Positions 17,397 through 25,549 of a DNA stretch of 64,000 bases are shown here, piece by piece. Below the pieces are notes generated by a model. It was given only the letters and a program-made list of their open reading frames with translations, had not been told where the DNA came from and did no database searches. The position numbers and the translations under genes are program-made. Origin of the DNA: Candidatus Xenobia bacterium (GTDB lineage Bacteria > Vulcanimicrobiota > Xenobia > Xenobiales > QWHO01); NCBI GenBank assembly GCA_045863235.1, contig BTUM01000005.1, forward strand, positions 58,912 to 122,911, in the 5' to 3' direction. Numbering within the stretch: the first letter of the stretch is position 1; every line of letters begins with the position of its first letter.

Positions 17397-17652
17397 CTGC
17401 CGGTCGGCCTTCTTCCAGGTCGCCAGAAAGCCCGCCAGGAAGAGCCGCAGCGCCGCTGAGCAGTCTTCGGCCCCGTGGTCCCGGGCCGCTGCCTCGGCTG
17501 CCTCGAGCACGGGCAGCCCCGGAACGTAGTTCCCACCAGCAGCCGGCGCTGTCCGCGCAAACAACGAACGAGAGTATCGCTCGGAATGAGCAGGTCGCGC
17601 GTTCGGCGGACCGGCAGGCGCCTGAGGCTCATCCCGGGGCGGGGCGATGCCA

Positions 17653-20600
17653 TCAACCCGGGCGGCCGTCCCCTGCGATTGTAAGCTCCAGCCGAGCGAC
17701 GCGGCCGAGGTGGCGCTCGGCCAGGGCCGCCTCCAGGGGCATCTGCTGGGCCTCGGCCAGGGCCAGACTGCGTTCCAGGGCGGGTCGATCGTCTTTCCCC
17801 AGTCGGCTCTGCCACAGACCGTGGCACAACCAGGCCCCGGGGGCACAGAGCGGGAAGAAGCGGGCCCGGTTGACCAGGTAGCGGACCCCACGCGCCCCCA
17901 GCGCCAACTCTCCGCGCAGCAGAGCCAGATAGCTGGCCCAGAAGACCCCCAGACGGCACCAGTGGGGTGAGGGGAGGCGGTCAACCCCGCGCAGCAGGGG
18001 CAGGGCTACGGCGGGATGGCCCTCGGCCAGGGCCGAGGCGCCTCGCCAGTTGGCCACCCCGATGGCGTCGCGCACCTCCACCAGGGAGCGGGCCTCGGCC
18101 AGGCATGCCCGGGCCTCGTCGCGGCGCCCCGAGAGGCTCAGCACCAGCGAGCGCAGGTTGCGAGCGTGTACCTCTTGCTGGGGGTCACAGCGAGCGCGAC
18201 CTTCGACCAGCACCTCGTCGGCCGCGGCCAGAGCCGCTTCCAGCTTTCCCTGGCTGTAGAGAACGTCGGCCAGGATGACCTGGCACTCGGCCGCCTGGCG
18301 GGCGTCGCGGGTCTCGAGCGAGAGCTGGCGGGCTTCCTTGAGATTGAGCTCGGCTTCAGGCCAGTCGGCCCGGCTCATGGCTACGGTCGACAGGCAGTAG
18401 AGTACCCGCGCCATCAGCACCGGGTCCCCCAGCTCTCGGGCCAGCTGCAGGCTGTGCTTCTGGTAGAGCGACGCCAGGCGGGGCAGGGGCAGGGTGGTTG
18501 AGCAGCCGGCGGCCATCATGGCATAGGCCCGGGCCAGCACCGGCGAAGGGCCTCCCAGGGCCTCGGCCCGGACCACCAGCTCGCCTCCGGCGTGAAACGA
18601 CAGGTCCAGCTCCCCGGCCAGGGCCTCCACCATCGTGAGACGATCCCAGGCCAGCACTGCCTCCATCTGCGGTGAAGGCGCGACGGCCGGCCGGGCGCAC
18701 AGGCGGGCAGTGGGGGCGGCCAGCGCGGCCACCGACGAGCGGTCGAGCCAGTCGGCCAGTTTGCGACCGGCCTGGCCCGGCAGCGCGAAGGGGCGTTCGA
18801 GCAGCCAGAACTGCCACCAGTGGGGGCTCGTCCACAGCGAAGAGCGAGAGCGGGGCACCCGGCAGCCCAGGCCCTCCAGGGAACTCACCAGGTGGCGGCG
18901 GCATTCGACCAGGTCGCCCGCTCCATAGCAGGCCTCGGCCAGCAATCGGGACAGGCGAGCGCGCTCCTGCGGCGGTGCCGCCTCCAGGGCCCGGCGCAGC
19001 AGGCCGGCCGCCTCGGGATAAGCGCCCTGGTGGAGAGCCCGCTCGCCCACTTCGGCCAGGTAGGGATAGGCCTGCTCGGGCTCTCCCGCCTCCCACCAGT
19101 GGTGAGCGAGTTGCACCGGGTCGGTCTCGCGCTGGGCGACCGCCCGGTGCAGCTCGCGGCGCTGGGAGTAGAGCAGCGTGTTGTAAGCCGCTTCCCGGGT
19201 CAAGCCGTGCTTGAAGGCATGGCGGCCGGCCTCGAAGCGGGGGGTCAGCTCGAGCCGGCCGAGCTCGCTGAAGATCGCCTCCAGATTGTCGGTCGCTGAA
19301 TTCTCGGCGGGGTGCACCTCGGCCACCATGGCCAGGGCGAAGACCCGCCCCACCACGCTGGCCACTTTGAGGGCCAGCTGGTGGGCCGGCTGAAGCCGGT
19401 CGATGCGACTGGTGATGGCTCCTCCCACGGTGTCCAGAATCTGCAGCAGCTCGGGCTCACCTTTCAGGCGCAGGGTCTCTCCCTCTTGCTCGAGCAGCCC
19501 GGCGCTGCCCAGCGCCAGCAGCAGCTCCTCGGTGAAGAACGGGTTGCCCTCGGCCTTCTCGCGCAACAGGCGCAGCAGTCGCGCGTCCAATTGCTCGGCT
19601 CCGGTTCGAGCTCGGGCCAGGGCCAGGATGGCCTGCTCGTCCAGCGGGTCGAGTCCCAGGCGCTCGAGACCGTCCAGCCCGTGCCCCGGGCGGGCCACCA
19701 GCAGGACCCGCCCGGGAGCGTGCACCAGCACTCTGCGCGAGACCGAGTCCAGCCAGTGGGCGTCCTCCACGATCACCAGATAGCTCTGGTTGGCCCAGTG
19801 CTCGGTCAGGTCGAGCAGCATTTCGCGGAGCGCCTCGCCGCGGGCCGCTCCCGTCAGATTCCGGGTGGCGGCATTGTCGGTGAAGCTCTGGCCGGCCAGC
19901 TCGGCAGCCAGAGGGGCCAGGGGATGGCGCTCGAGCCATTCCCGGTCGGGCCGGTCGAGCTGGCGGAAGACCGAGCCGGGAATGCCCTGGCCCACCGGAT
20001 CGGCCTGCAGCAGCACCACCGGCAGGGGGCACTCCTCGAGCAGGTCCTGGACCAGTCGCGACTTCCCCAGCCCCGGCTCGCCCTCGAGCAAAAGCTTGCC
20101 AGGCGTGCCGAGCAGCCGGTCGAGCTGCTTCCGCTCGCCTTCCCGTCCCACCAGGGGCGCGCTGGTAGAAGTGCTCTCGCTGAGACCGAGAGGCCGGTGG
20201 GGAGCGAGGGTCTGGCTCTTGCCCTTGAGCGCGATGGGCTCGAGCTGCTCGAACCGCGCCCGGTCGCGGCTCAGGCGGGCGGTCTCGGGATCGCACAGAA
20301 CATCGCTCTTCTGCATCAAGCGGGCGGCCAGGTTGACCCGATCGCCGATCAAGCAGTATTCGCGCCGCCGCGGGCTGCCGCGAATGCCGCAGAAGACCCG
20401 CCCGGTTGCGATTCCGATAGAGCCCAGCGGGGCCAGCTCCAGGCCGGCCCGGATGGCCCGCAGCGCGTCGTCCGGGTGCGAGCGAGGCACGCCGAAAGCG
20501 GCCAGAAGGATGGTGCCCTTGTCGTCCATCAGGCACTGGATGAGACTGGCCTCCTCGCTCTCGAGCACCTGCTGGGTTTGAAGCACGGCCTGGTGCAGCC

Positions 20601-21336
20601 TCTCGAGCACGTCGCAGGCCTGGTAGTCGAGCTTGCGCAAGCACAAGAAGAGCACCGAGACGGGTCGCAACTCGGCCAGCCAGGCGTCGCTGGTCTGGAG
20701 CCGGTCCAGCACGGCCGCGCTGAGGTAGGCCTGCAGCTCCTCGCCAGGGGCTGCGGACTCGGCCTGCCAGGGGACCGGGGGGGATTCGAGCAGGCGCGGG
20801 CCCTCCCGCCTGGCGTCAGGCAAGAAGGCCCAGACGGGCGCGGCCACGGTCACCTGGCCCGGTTGGGCCAGCCGCTCGGCGCTGGAGGCCTGCTCCAGGG
20901 GCTCGCCGGCCAGCACGAACTCCCAGCGGCCCCGGTGGCCTCCCACCCCGGCCAGCACCGCTTCGCCGGCCCCGAGCCCCAGTCGTAGAGTCAGGCCGTC
21001 CTGGCTCAGGGCAGCCGCTTGAAGGGCACAGGCGGCGGCCCGGGGCACGGCTTCCTGGAGCGGTCCGGGAAAGGCCACGATGGGAGCGTCCCCGGCGATC
21101 TTGACCACCTGTCCGCCGTGCCGGTGAAAGATCTCGAAGAGCTGCTCGAAGTAGCGGTCGAGCAGGGCCGAAAGCCGCTCGGCCCCCTCGGGGCCCTGCC
21201 GGGCGAGTTCCTCGGCCAGCCGGGTGAAGCCACACAGGTCGGCCAGCAGGATGGCGGCCGGAAAGCGGTCCAGCCAGGGCTGGCCGGCGGGACGGCCGGC
21301 CAGGAGAGGAGGAACGAAGCTGGCCAGCCGGTCCAT
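17653..21336 (-). CDS. dual adenylate/guanylate cyclase (2x CHD) - STAND/AAA ATPase - TPR-like multidomain signalling protein
   Basis: 1227 aa. Two class III cyclase homology domains (~25-190 and ~225-375; ADLCGFT, VKIAGD and FGVPRSH, GIATGRV motifs). P-loop EGEPGLGKS. Long helical TPR-like C-terminus. Architecture resembles the mycobacterial Rv0386/Rv1358 family, but without a LuxR HTH. Confidence 0.85.
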   Translation of the reverse strand: MDRLASFVPPLLAGRPAGQPWLDRFPAAILLADLCGFTRLAEELARQGPEGAERLSALLDRYFEQLFEIFHRHGGQVVKIAGDAPIVAFPGPLQEAVPRAAACALQAAALSQDGLTLRLGLGAGEAVLAGVGGHRGRWEFVLAGEPLEQASSAERLAQPGQVTVAAPVWAFLPDARREGPRLLESPPVPWQAESAAPGEELQAYLSAAVLDRLQTSDAWLAELRPVSVLFLCLRKLDYQACDVLERLHQAVLQTQQVLESEEASLIQCLMDDKGTILLAAFGVPRSHPDDALRAIRAGLELAPLGSIGIATGRVFCGIRGSPRRREYCLIGDRVNLAARLMQKSDVLCDPETARLSRDRARFEQLEPIALKGKSQTLAPHRPLGLSESTSTSAPLVGREGERKQLDRLLGTPGKLLLEGEPGLGKSRLVQDLLEECPLPVVLLQADPVGQGIPGSVFRQLDRPDREWLERHPLAPLAAELAGQSFTDNAATRNLTGAARGEALREMLLDLTEHWANQSYLVIVEDAHWLDSVSRRVLVHAPGRVLLVARPGHGLDGLERLGLDPLDEQAILALARARTGAEQLDARLLRLLREKAEGNPFFTEELLLALGSAGLLEQEGETLRLKGEPELLQILDTVGGAITSRIDRLQPAHQLALKVASVVGRVFALAMVAEVHPAENSATDNLEAIFSELGRLELTPRFEAGRHAFKHGLTREAAYNTLLYSQRRELHRAVAQRETDPVQLAHHWWEAGEPEQAYPYLAEVGERALHQGAYPEAAGLLRRALEAAPPQERARLSRLLAEACYGAGDLVECRRHLVSSLEGLGCRVPRSRSSLWTSPHWWQFWLLERPFALPGQAGRKLADWLDRSSVAALAAPTARLCARPAVAPSPQMEAVLAWDRLTMVEALAGELDLSFHAGGELVVRAEALGGPSPVLARAYAMMAAGCSTTLPLPRLASLYQKHSLQLARELGDPVLMARVLYCLSTVAMSRADWPEAELNLKEARQLSLETRDARQAAECQVILADVLYSQGKLEAALAAADEVLVEGRARCDPQQEVHARNLRSLVLSLSGRRDEARACLAEARSLVEVRDAIGVANWRGASALAEGHPAVALPLLRGVDRLPSPHWCRLGVFWASYLALLRGELALGARGVRYLVNRARFFPLCAPGAWLCHGLWQSRLGKDDRPALERSLALAEAQQMPLEAALAERHLGRVARLELTIAGDGRPG

Positions 21337-21548
21337 CCTACCCGTTTCTCGCTCCCCGTGGGATCGTCCCTCTATGAACTTTCTGTAAACGGTGCTCCCG
21401 GTTTCTCAGAGCTGATTCGAGTCCTGTCGCCGTTCCTGGCGGTCATGTGAATATCGTGTAAAGAGTTTTTTGTTGCCGATCGGTAGAGCCGGCAGACGGC
21501 CAGGGTCAATGATGGGATCGCCAAGTCTTGATTGCAGGAGGTAGAGCC
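21337..21548. promoter_or_regulatory. divergent intergenic region (lower GC, ~50%) between the cyclase gene and a small + strand gene, containing a canonical SD
   Basis: The AT-richer stretch gtgaatatcgtgtaaagagttttttgttgcc is followed by AGGAGG (21533-21538) 8 nt upstream of GTG 21549. Confidence 0.4.
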
Positions 21549-21960
21549 CGTGACCGATCTCACCACCGAGCTTGCCCGCATCGCCCAGGCGCGCCTGGGG
21601 GCGCCAGGCGACCCGAGCATCAACACCTCCAACCTGGGAGCGGCCGCTCAGCGAGCGCTGGGTGGCCTTTCTCCGGTCTCCTCCAACGGCCCGGTCCACC
21701 AGTCCTCGAGCCTTCCGAGTTCGAGGCCTGGCCTCGAACGACCGGCCGACAACTGGTCGGCCCCCAACCTGCGCTGGCTGGGGAGCGAATCCGAGCGAGA
21801 GATGCCTAAAGAGCCGGGCTGCTCGGGCGGAGGATGCTGCGAGGGACCTGAAAAGCCCAAAAGGGGCAAACGGGGTCGTCGGTCCCGGCGGGCTCGGGCC
21901 GGCCGCTCGCGCCGGGCGCGCGCCAGGCGCCGGACCAATCGGGCCCGTCGGGCGGCCTGA
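21549..21960 (+). CDS. small protein with Cys cluster and Arg-rich basic tail
   Basis: GTG start with strong SD (AGGAGG-N8-GTG). 137 aa. CSGGGCC, then KRGKRGRRSRRARAGRSRRARARRR. Composition overlaps the GC-bias artefact class, so confidence is modest. Confidence 0.4.
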
Positions 21961-22018
21961 GCCGTAACCGCAACAAACCTGATACATCACCGGCCGGGGG
22001 CCGTGCTAACCTTCGGGT

Positions 22019-22513
22019 ATGCGCATTCAGCCCGTCAACGACCTCTACCAGGAGGTCAAGAGCTCGGCCCCCGGCCTGATCGACATGCTCAAGGAGGATC
22101 GCCAGCAGTGGGAGCCGGTCTTCCGGGACATCGTGGAGCAGACCCTGGAGGGGGGGCAGCAGGCGCTGGACGAGATCAGGTCGCGCCCCGAGCTGCCCGA
22201 GCAGGCCCGCGAGACGGCCCTGGCCTTCCTGGAAGGCGGGCTGACGGCCGGCTGCTTCGGAGCCATGACTGCCTGGGCCCGGCGCTCGGCTGAGCTGCGC
22301 GACGGCATCGCCGGGCAGGCCGAGGAACTGCGCCGCGAGATGCACCAGCAGGGCAAGCCGGCCCTGCAGCGGACGCTGGCCGCCGAGCAGGAGCGAGGAC
22401 GCGAGCTCTATGCTCGCAGCGATCAGGCCGAGGACTATCGCTCACTCTTGCAGGAGGCTTTCGTGGCAGGCTACCGCATCGGCGGGGCGGAGGCTTTGCT
22501 GGTCCTCGGCTGA
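22019..22513 (+). CDS. hypothetical protein
   Basis: 164 aa. Balanced charged/hydrophobic composition, unlike the antisense artefacts. No recognisable motif. Confidence 0.5.
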   Translation: MRIQPVNDLYQEVKSSAPGLIDMLKEDRQQWEPVFRDIVEQTLEGGQQALDEIRSRPELPEQARETALAFLEGGLTAGCFGAMTAWARRSAELRDGIAGQAEELRREMHQQGKPALQRTLAAEQERGRELYARSDQAEDYRSLLQEAFVAGYRIGGAEALLVLG

Positions 22514-22545
22514 CCTCGTGGCTGATCCCAGGCTCGCAACGAAAC

Positions 22546-24414
22546 TCAGAGCGAGCTTCCCTTCGGTCCCACCTCGAGCACCCAGAAGCGCCCGAAGGTC
22601 GGGTTGCGCAGCTCCTCCACCACCGGCCCCTGAGCGAACCCCAGCTCGACCAGCTCGGCGGTGAGCCTTCGCTTGAGCGGCTCGTCGGTGAACCACGGAA
22701 CGTGGTCCTTGAGCAGCTCGATGGCCGGCCGGCGGAAGATGGCGTTCACCTCGAAGTCCAGGTCGATGGCCAGCTTCTCCAGGTTGGAGTTGACATGCGG
22801 CCAGTCCACGCCCGGCATGCTGAGGCGGACCCAGCCCTGCTGCTGCAGGCGGTCGAGGAAGGCGGCGTAGTCCTCGACCGTCCCGGCCAGCGAGGCGATC
22901 TCCTCGAAACAGCGCAGCGACTTGAGCGGGAACGGGGCGGCCGGGCCGCTGACCACCCCTGAGACCCGGCTGGTGCCCTCCACCCCGGCCAGCAGGCGCA
23001 GGAAGACCGGGTGCTGGCCGGTGGTCTCGGCTACGAACTGCTCCAGTCGCACCACCCGGGCCGGTCGACCGGCTTCCTGGGCGATGCGGGCGAACATGTC
23101 GAAGAGCAGATCGCGGGTCGCCGAGGCGCCGTAGCGGCGGATCACCTGCACCGCCTCCTCGTAGCTGCGGGCCGCTCCGCTCAGGTCGGGAATGCCGTAG
23201 TCCACGATGCGCAGGTAGTGGGCCCGCTCGAGCGACTCGCGGAAGAAGCGGGCCGGCCCGTTCTGGTAGGAGAAGAGCACGTCCGACAGGCCCTGGAGGG
23301 CCGGGTCATCGCACTCGAAGGGCTCAAAGCGCACCTCCCAGTCGACGTGCTCCAGCGTCTCCACCCCGAAGCGCCCCAGCGGCTCGAGCTCGCCGGCCGT
23401 GAGCCAGGCGTGCAGTTGCTCGGCGCTCACCTCGGGGGTCAGGAGGGCCTCGGGGAAGGTTCCCCGCACGGTGGCGCGATAGAGCTTGCCCTGCTCGTCG
23501 GCATAGAGCACCGCGGCGCAGGGCAGGTCGGTGAAGAGCTCGTTGTGGCGCTGCAGGGCGTAGGGGGCCAGACGGTTGAGCTCGTCCAGCCCCAGCACCT
23601 CGATGTCGCGCGAGGTGGGGCTGTGGGCCAGGGCGTCTTTGAGCATGGCCGGCGAGATGTCGCCCATGCAGTAGTGCACCGGGCGGCCCAGGCGGCGCGC
23701 GCAATCGGCCCGGAAGTCGGCGGCGTACTGGCCGCCTCCTACGCCCACCTCCAGCACTCGCAGGGGATCGGGCAGAGAGCCGACCTGAGAGCAAAAGCGC
23801 ATGGCATCGGCCTGAGCCTGCAGGGGATCGTGGCTGACGGCGGTGATGAAGTCTTCGTAGATGGTGGAGCCGCGCAGGCGGTAGTAGACCAGGTTGGTCT
23901 GGTCGAGCACGTTGCCGGGCTCGTCGAGTGGCATGAAGGCCTCGCCCAGCCGGGCCCTCGGACCGGGGTCGCAGAAGTTGCCGGCGGTGGCGTGGGCCAG
24001 CTCGAAGGTCTTGACCACCACGGCGATGTGGCGTAGCCACTCCTCGCTGCTCAGGGGCACCTCGCGCAGGATCTCGGTGCAGCGCCCGACCAGCGCTTCG
24101 AGCTGGCGGCGCACCTCGCGGTAGCCAGGCAATCCCAGGGGGCTCTCGGGATCGAGCTCGGACACGGCCAGGGCCAGTGGATCGATGCCGGCCGACTCGG
24201 TGTTGCGAATGCGATTCATCAGCCTTCGCAACGAGGCGTTCAGGCCGGCGTAGTGGGCTCGCAGCTCCACCAGGCCCTCCTCCAGGGAGGGAGCGGCGCC
24301 GATGACATCCGGCCAGCGGGTGGGGAGGTTGTTCAGAAAGCGGGGGTCTTGCAGGGTGATCACGACGGCGGCTTCGGGACCGGCCGCGGGCCCACCTCCG
24401 CCCTCCAGTGTCAA
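22546..24414 (-). CDS. large hypothetical protein with a class I SAM-dependent methyltransferase-like core
   Basis: 622 aa. VLEVGVGGGQYA fits MTase motif I (hhDhGxGxG). HYCMGDIS could be motif II. The remainder is unassigned. Confidence 0.6.
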   Translation of the reverse strand: MTLEGGGGPAAGPEAAVVITLQDPRFLNNLPTRWPDVIGAAPSLEEGLVELRAHYAGLNASLRRLMNRIRNTESAGIDPLALAVSELDPESPLGLPGYREVRRQLEALVGRCTEILREVPLSSEEWLRHIAVVVKTFELAHATAGNFCDPGPRARLGEAFMPLDEPGNVLDQTNLVYYRLRGSTIYEDFITAVSHDPLQAQADAMRFCSQVGSLPDPLRVLEVGVGGGQYAADFRADCARRLGRPVHYCMGDISPAMLKDALAHSPTSRDIEVLGLDELNRLAPYALQRHNELFTDLPCAAVLYADEQGKLYRATVRGTFPEALLTPEVSAEQLHAWLTAGELEPLGRFGVETLEHVDWEVRFEPFECDDPALQGLSDVLFSYQNGPARFFRESLERAHYLRIVDYGIPDLSGAARSYEEAVQVIRRYGASATRDLLFDMFARIAQEAGRPARVVRLEQFVAETTGQHPVFLRLLAGVEGTSRVSGVVSGPAAPFPLKSLRCFEEIASLAGTVEDYAAFLDRLQQQGWVRLSMPGVDWPHVNSNLEKLAIDLDFEVNAIFRRPAIELLKDHVPWFTDEPLKRRLTAELVELGFAQGPVVEELRNPTFGRFWVLEVGPKGSSL

Positions 24415-24650
24415 CTCCGGTCGGGAAAAGTAGACAGCCTCCGCGTCTGCTCATGAGCTGACACCGAGCGTGTCAACTCCGCTCGGGAAAGGTAGACGCC
24501 TCAGCGTCTGCTCATGAGCTGACACCGAGCGTGTCAACTCCGCTCGGGAAAAGTAGACAGCCTCCGCGTCTGCTCATGAGCTGACACCGAGCGTGTCAAC
24601 TCGGCTCGAGGAAGAGTCGCCAGCCATGAGTTGACACTCAGCGGGGCAAG
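24408..24650. repeat. tandem direct repeat, ~3.7 copies of a 61-62-bp unit, each with a gtgtcaac...g(c/t)tgacac palindromic pair
   Basis: Units start at 24408, 24470, 24531 and 24593 and are >93% identical over the whole unit. It is therefore not a CRISPR repeat-spacer organisation. The array lies between the start of 22546..24414 and the end of 24638..25549. Confidence 0.85.
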
Positions 24651-25549
24651 GCCGGGCTCGGCCACAACAAGTCGCTCACGCTGCGCATCAGGGCCTTGGA
24701 TTGAGGGTCGTCGGAGCGCTTGCGGGAGACCTTCGCGGTCTCGTCCCAGGCCTCGCCGAGCAGACCCTGCTCGAGATAGACCCCGATCAGCAGCAAGTGG
24801 GGCGACAGATCGTCCTTGCGCGCCTTGAGGGCGGCGTTGGCATCCTTGCGAGCCAGGCCAACCTGGTCGGACTCGGAGGTCGAGAGCACCTGGAAGGCCA
24901 GCTCGCTCTCGATCCCCCCCTCGTCCACCGCCTTGATGGTGTAGTTGCCCGGGGCGAGTCTGGGGCCCCGCACCTGGGACTTGTCGGTGCGCGTGGTCCA
25001 GAGCTCTGTTCCGGTCTGATCGACAATCTTCAGCTGGGCCGGGCTCATGGCTTTGATCCGGAACGAAGGAGGGCTGAGGAAGCGCTTCTGACCCGAGAAG
25101 ACCACCCCCATCTGGCAGAGGAAGGGGGGCGGGGTGGACACTCCCCCGCGGTCGAGGTAGGCCTGCATGCTTCCCCCGAGTCGCTCGAGATTCTCGCCAC
25201 GCGGAACCAGGGCCCTGGAACGGCTCGGGGGAAGGCTCTTGAGTTGGCCGGGCGAGCCCTCCAGGAGTCGCGTTCGGTCCGAGGCGACCTCCAGGCGGCA
25301 GGGGCCGGTGGCCAGATCGGTCCGCCCGTCCGAGTAACAGGCCAGCGCCACCCTGGCTCCGGGATCGAGCTCGAGCTGTTGGCCGGCTTCCAGCACCCGC
25401 AGCAACTTGACCGGTGTGCGTCCTTCCGGACTGGATAGATAGACGTTGCCGCTCACGTCGGTGAGCACGGCCACGCGCTGGGCAGCCCCCACGACTGCCA
25501 TCGCCAGCAGAACAAGGAACACGTATCTCACGGCTGCTCGACCTCCCAA
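24638..25549 (-). CDS. secreted hypothetical protein
   Basis: 303 aa. N-terminal hydrophobic signal-like segment (VRYVFLVLLAMAVVGAA). The 5' end overlaps the stop of the upstream cyclase gene by ~22 bp. Confidence 0.5.
   Translation of the reverse strand: MGGRAAVRYVFLVLLAMAVVGAAQRVAVLTDVSGNVYLSSPEGRTPVKLLRVLEAGQQLELDPGARVALACYSDGRTDLATGPCRLEVASDRTRLLEGSPGQLKSLPPSRSRALVPRGENLERLGGSMQAYLDRGGVSTPPPFLCQMGVVFSGQKRFLSPPSFRIKAMSPAQLKIVDQTGTELWTTRTDKSQVRGPRLAPGNYTIKAVDEGGIESELAFQVLSTSESDQVGLARKDANAALKARKDDLSPHLLLIGVYLEQGLLGEAWDETAKVSRKRSDDPQSKALMRSVSDLLWPSPALPR

Noticed and set aside
19312-20988. 558-aa + strand ORF
   Set aside because: Antisense to the 1227-aa cyclase gene. Low-complexity Gly/Ala/Gln composition.
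24408-24650. Possible CRISPR array
   Set aside because: Units are 61-62 bp and identical across their whole length, with no unique spacers. It is a plain tandem repeat. No cas genes nearby.
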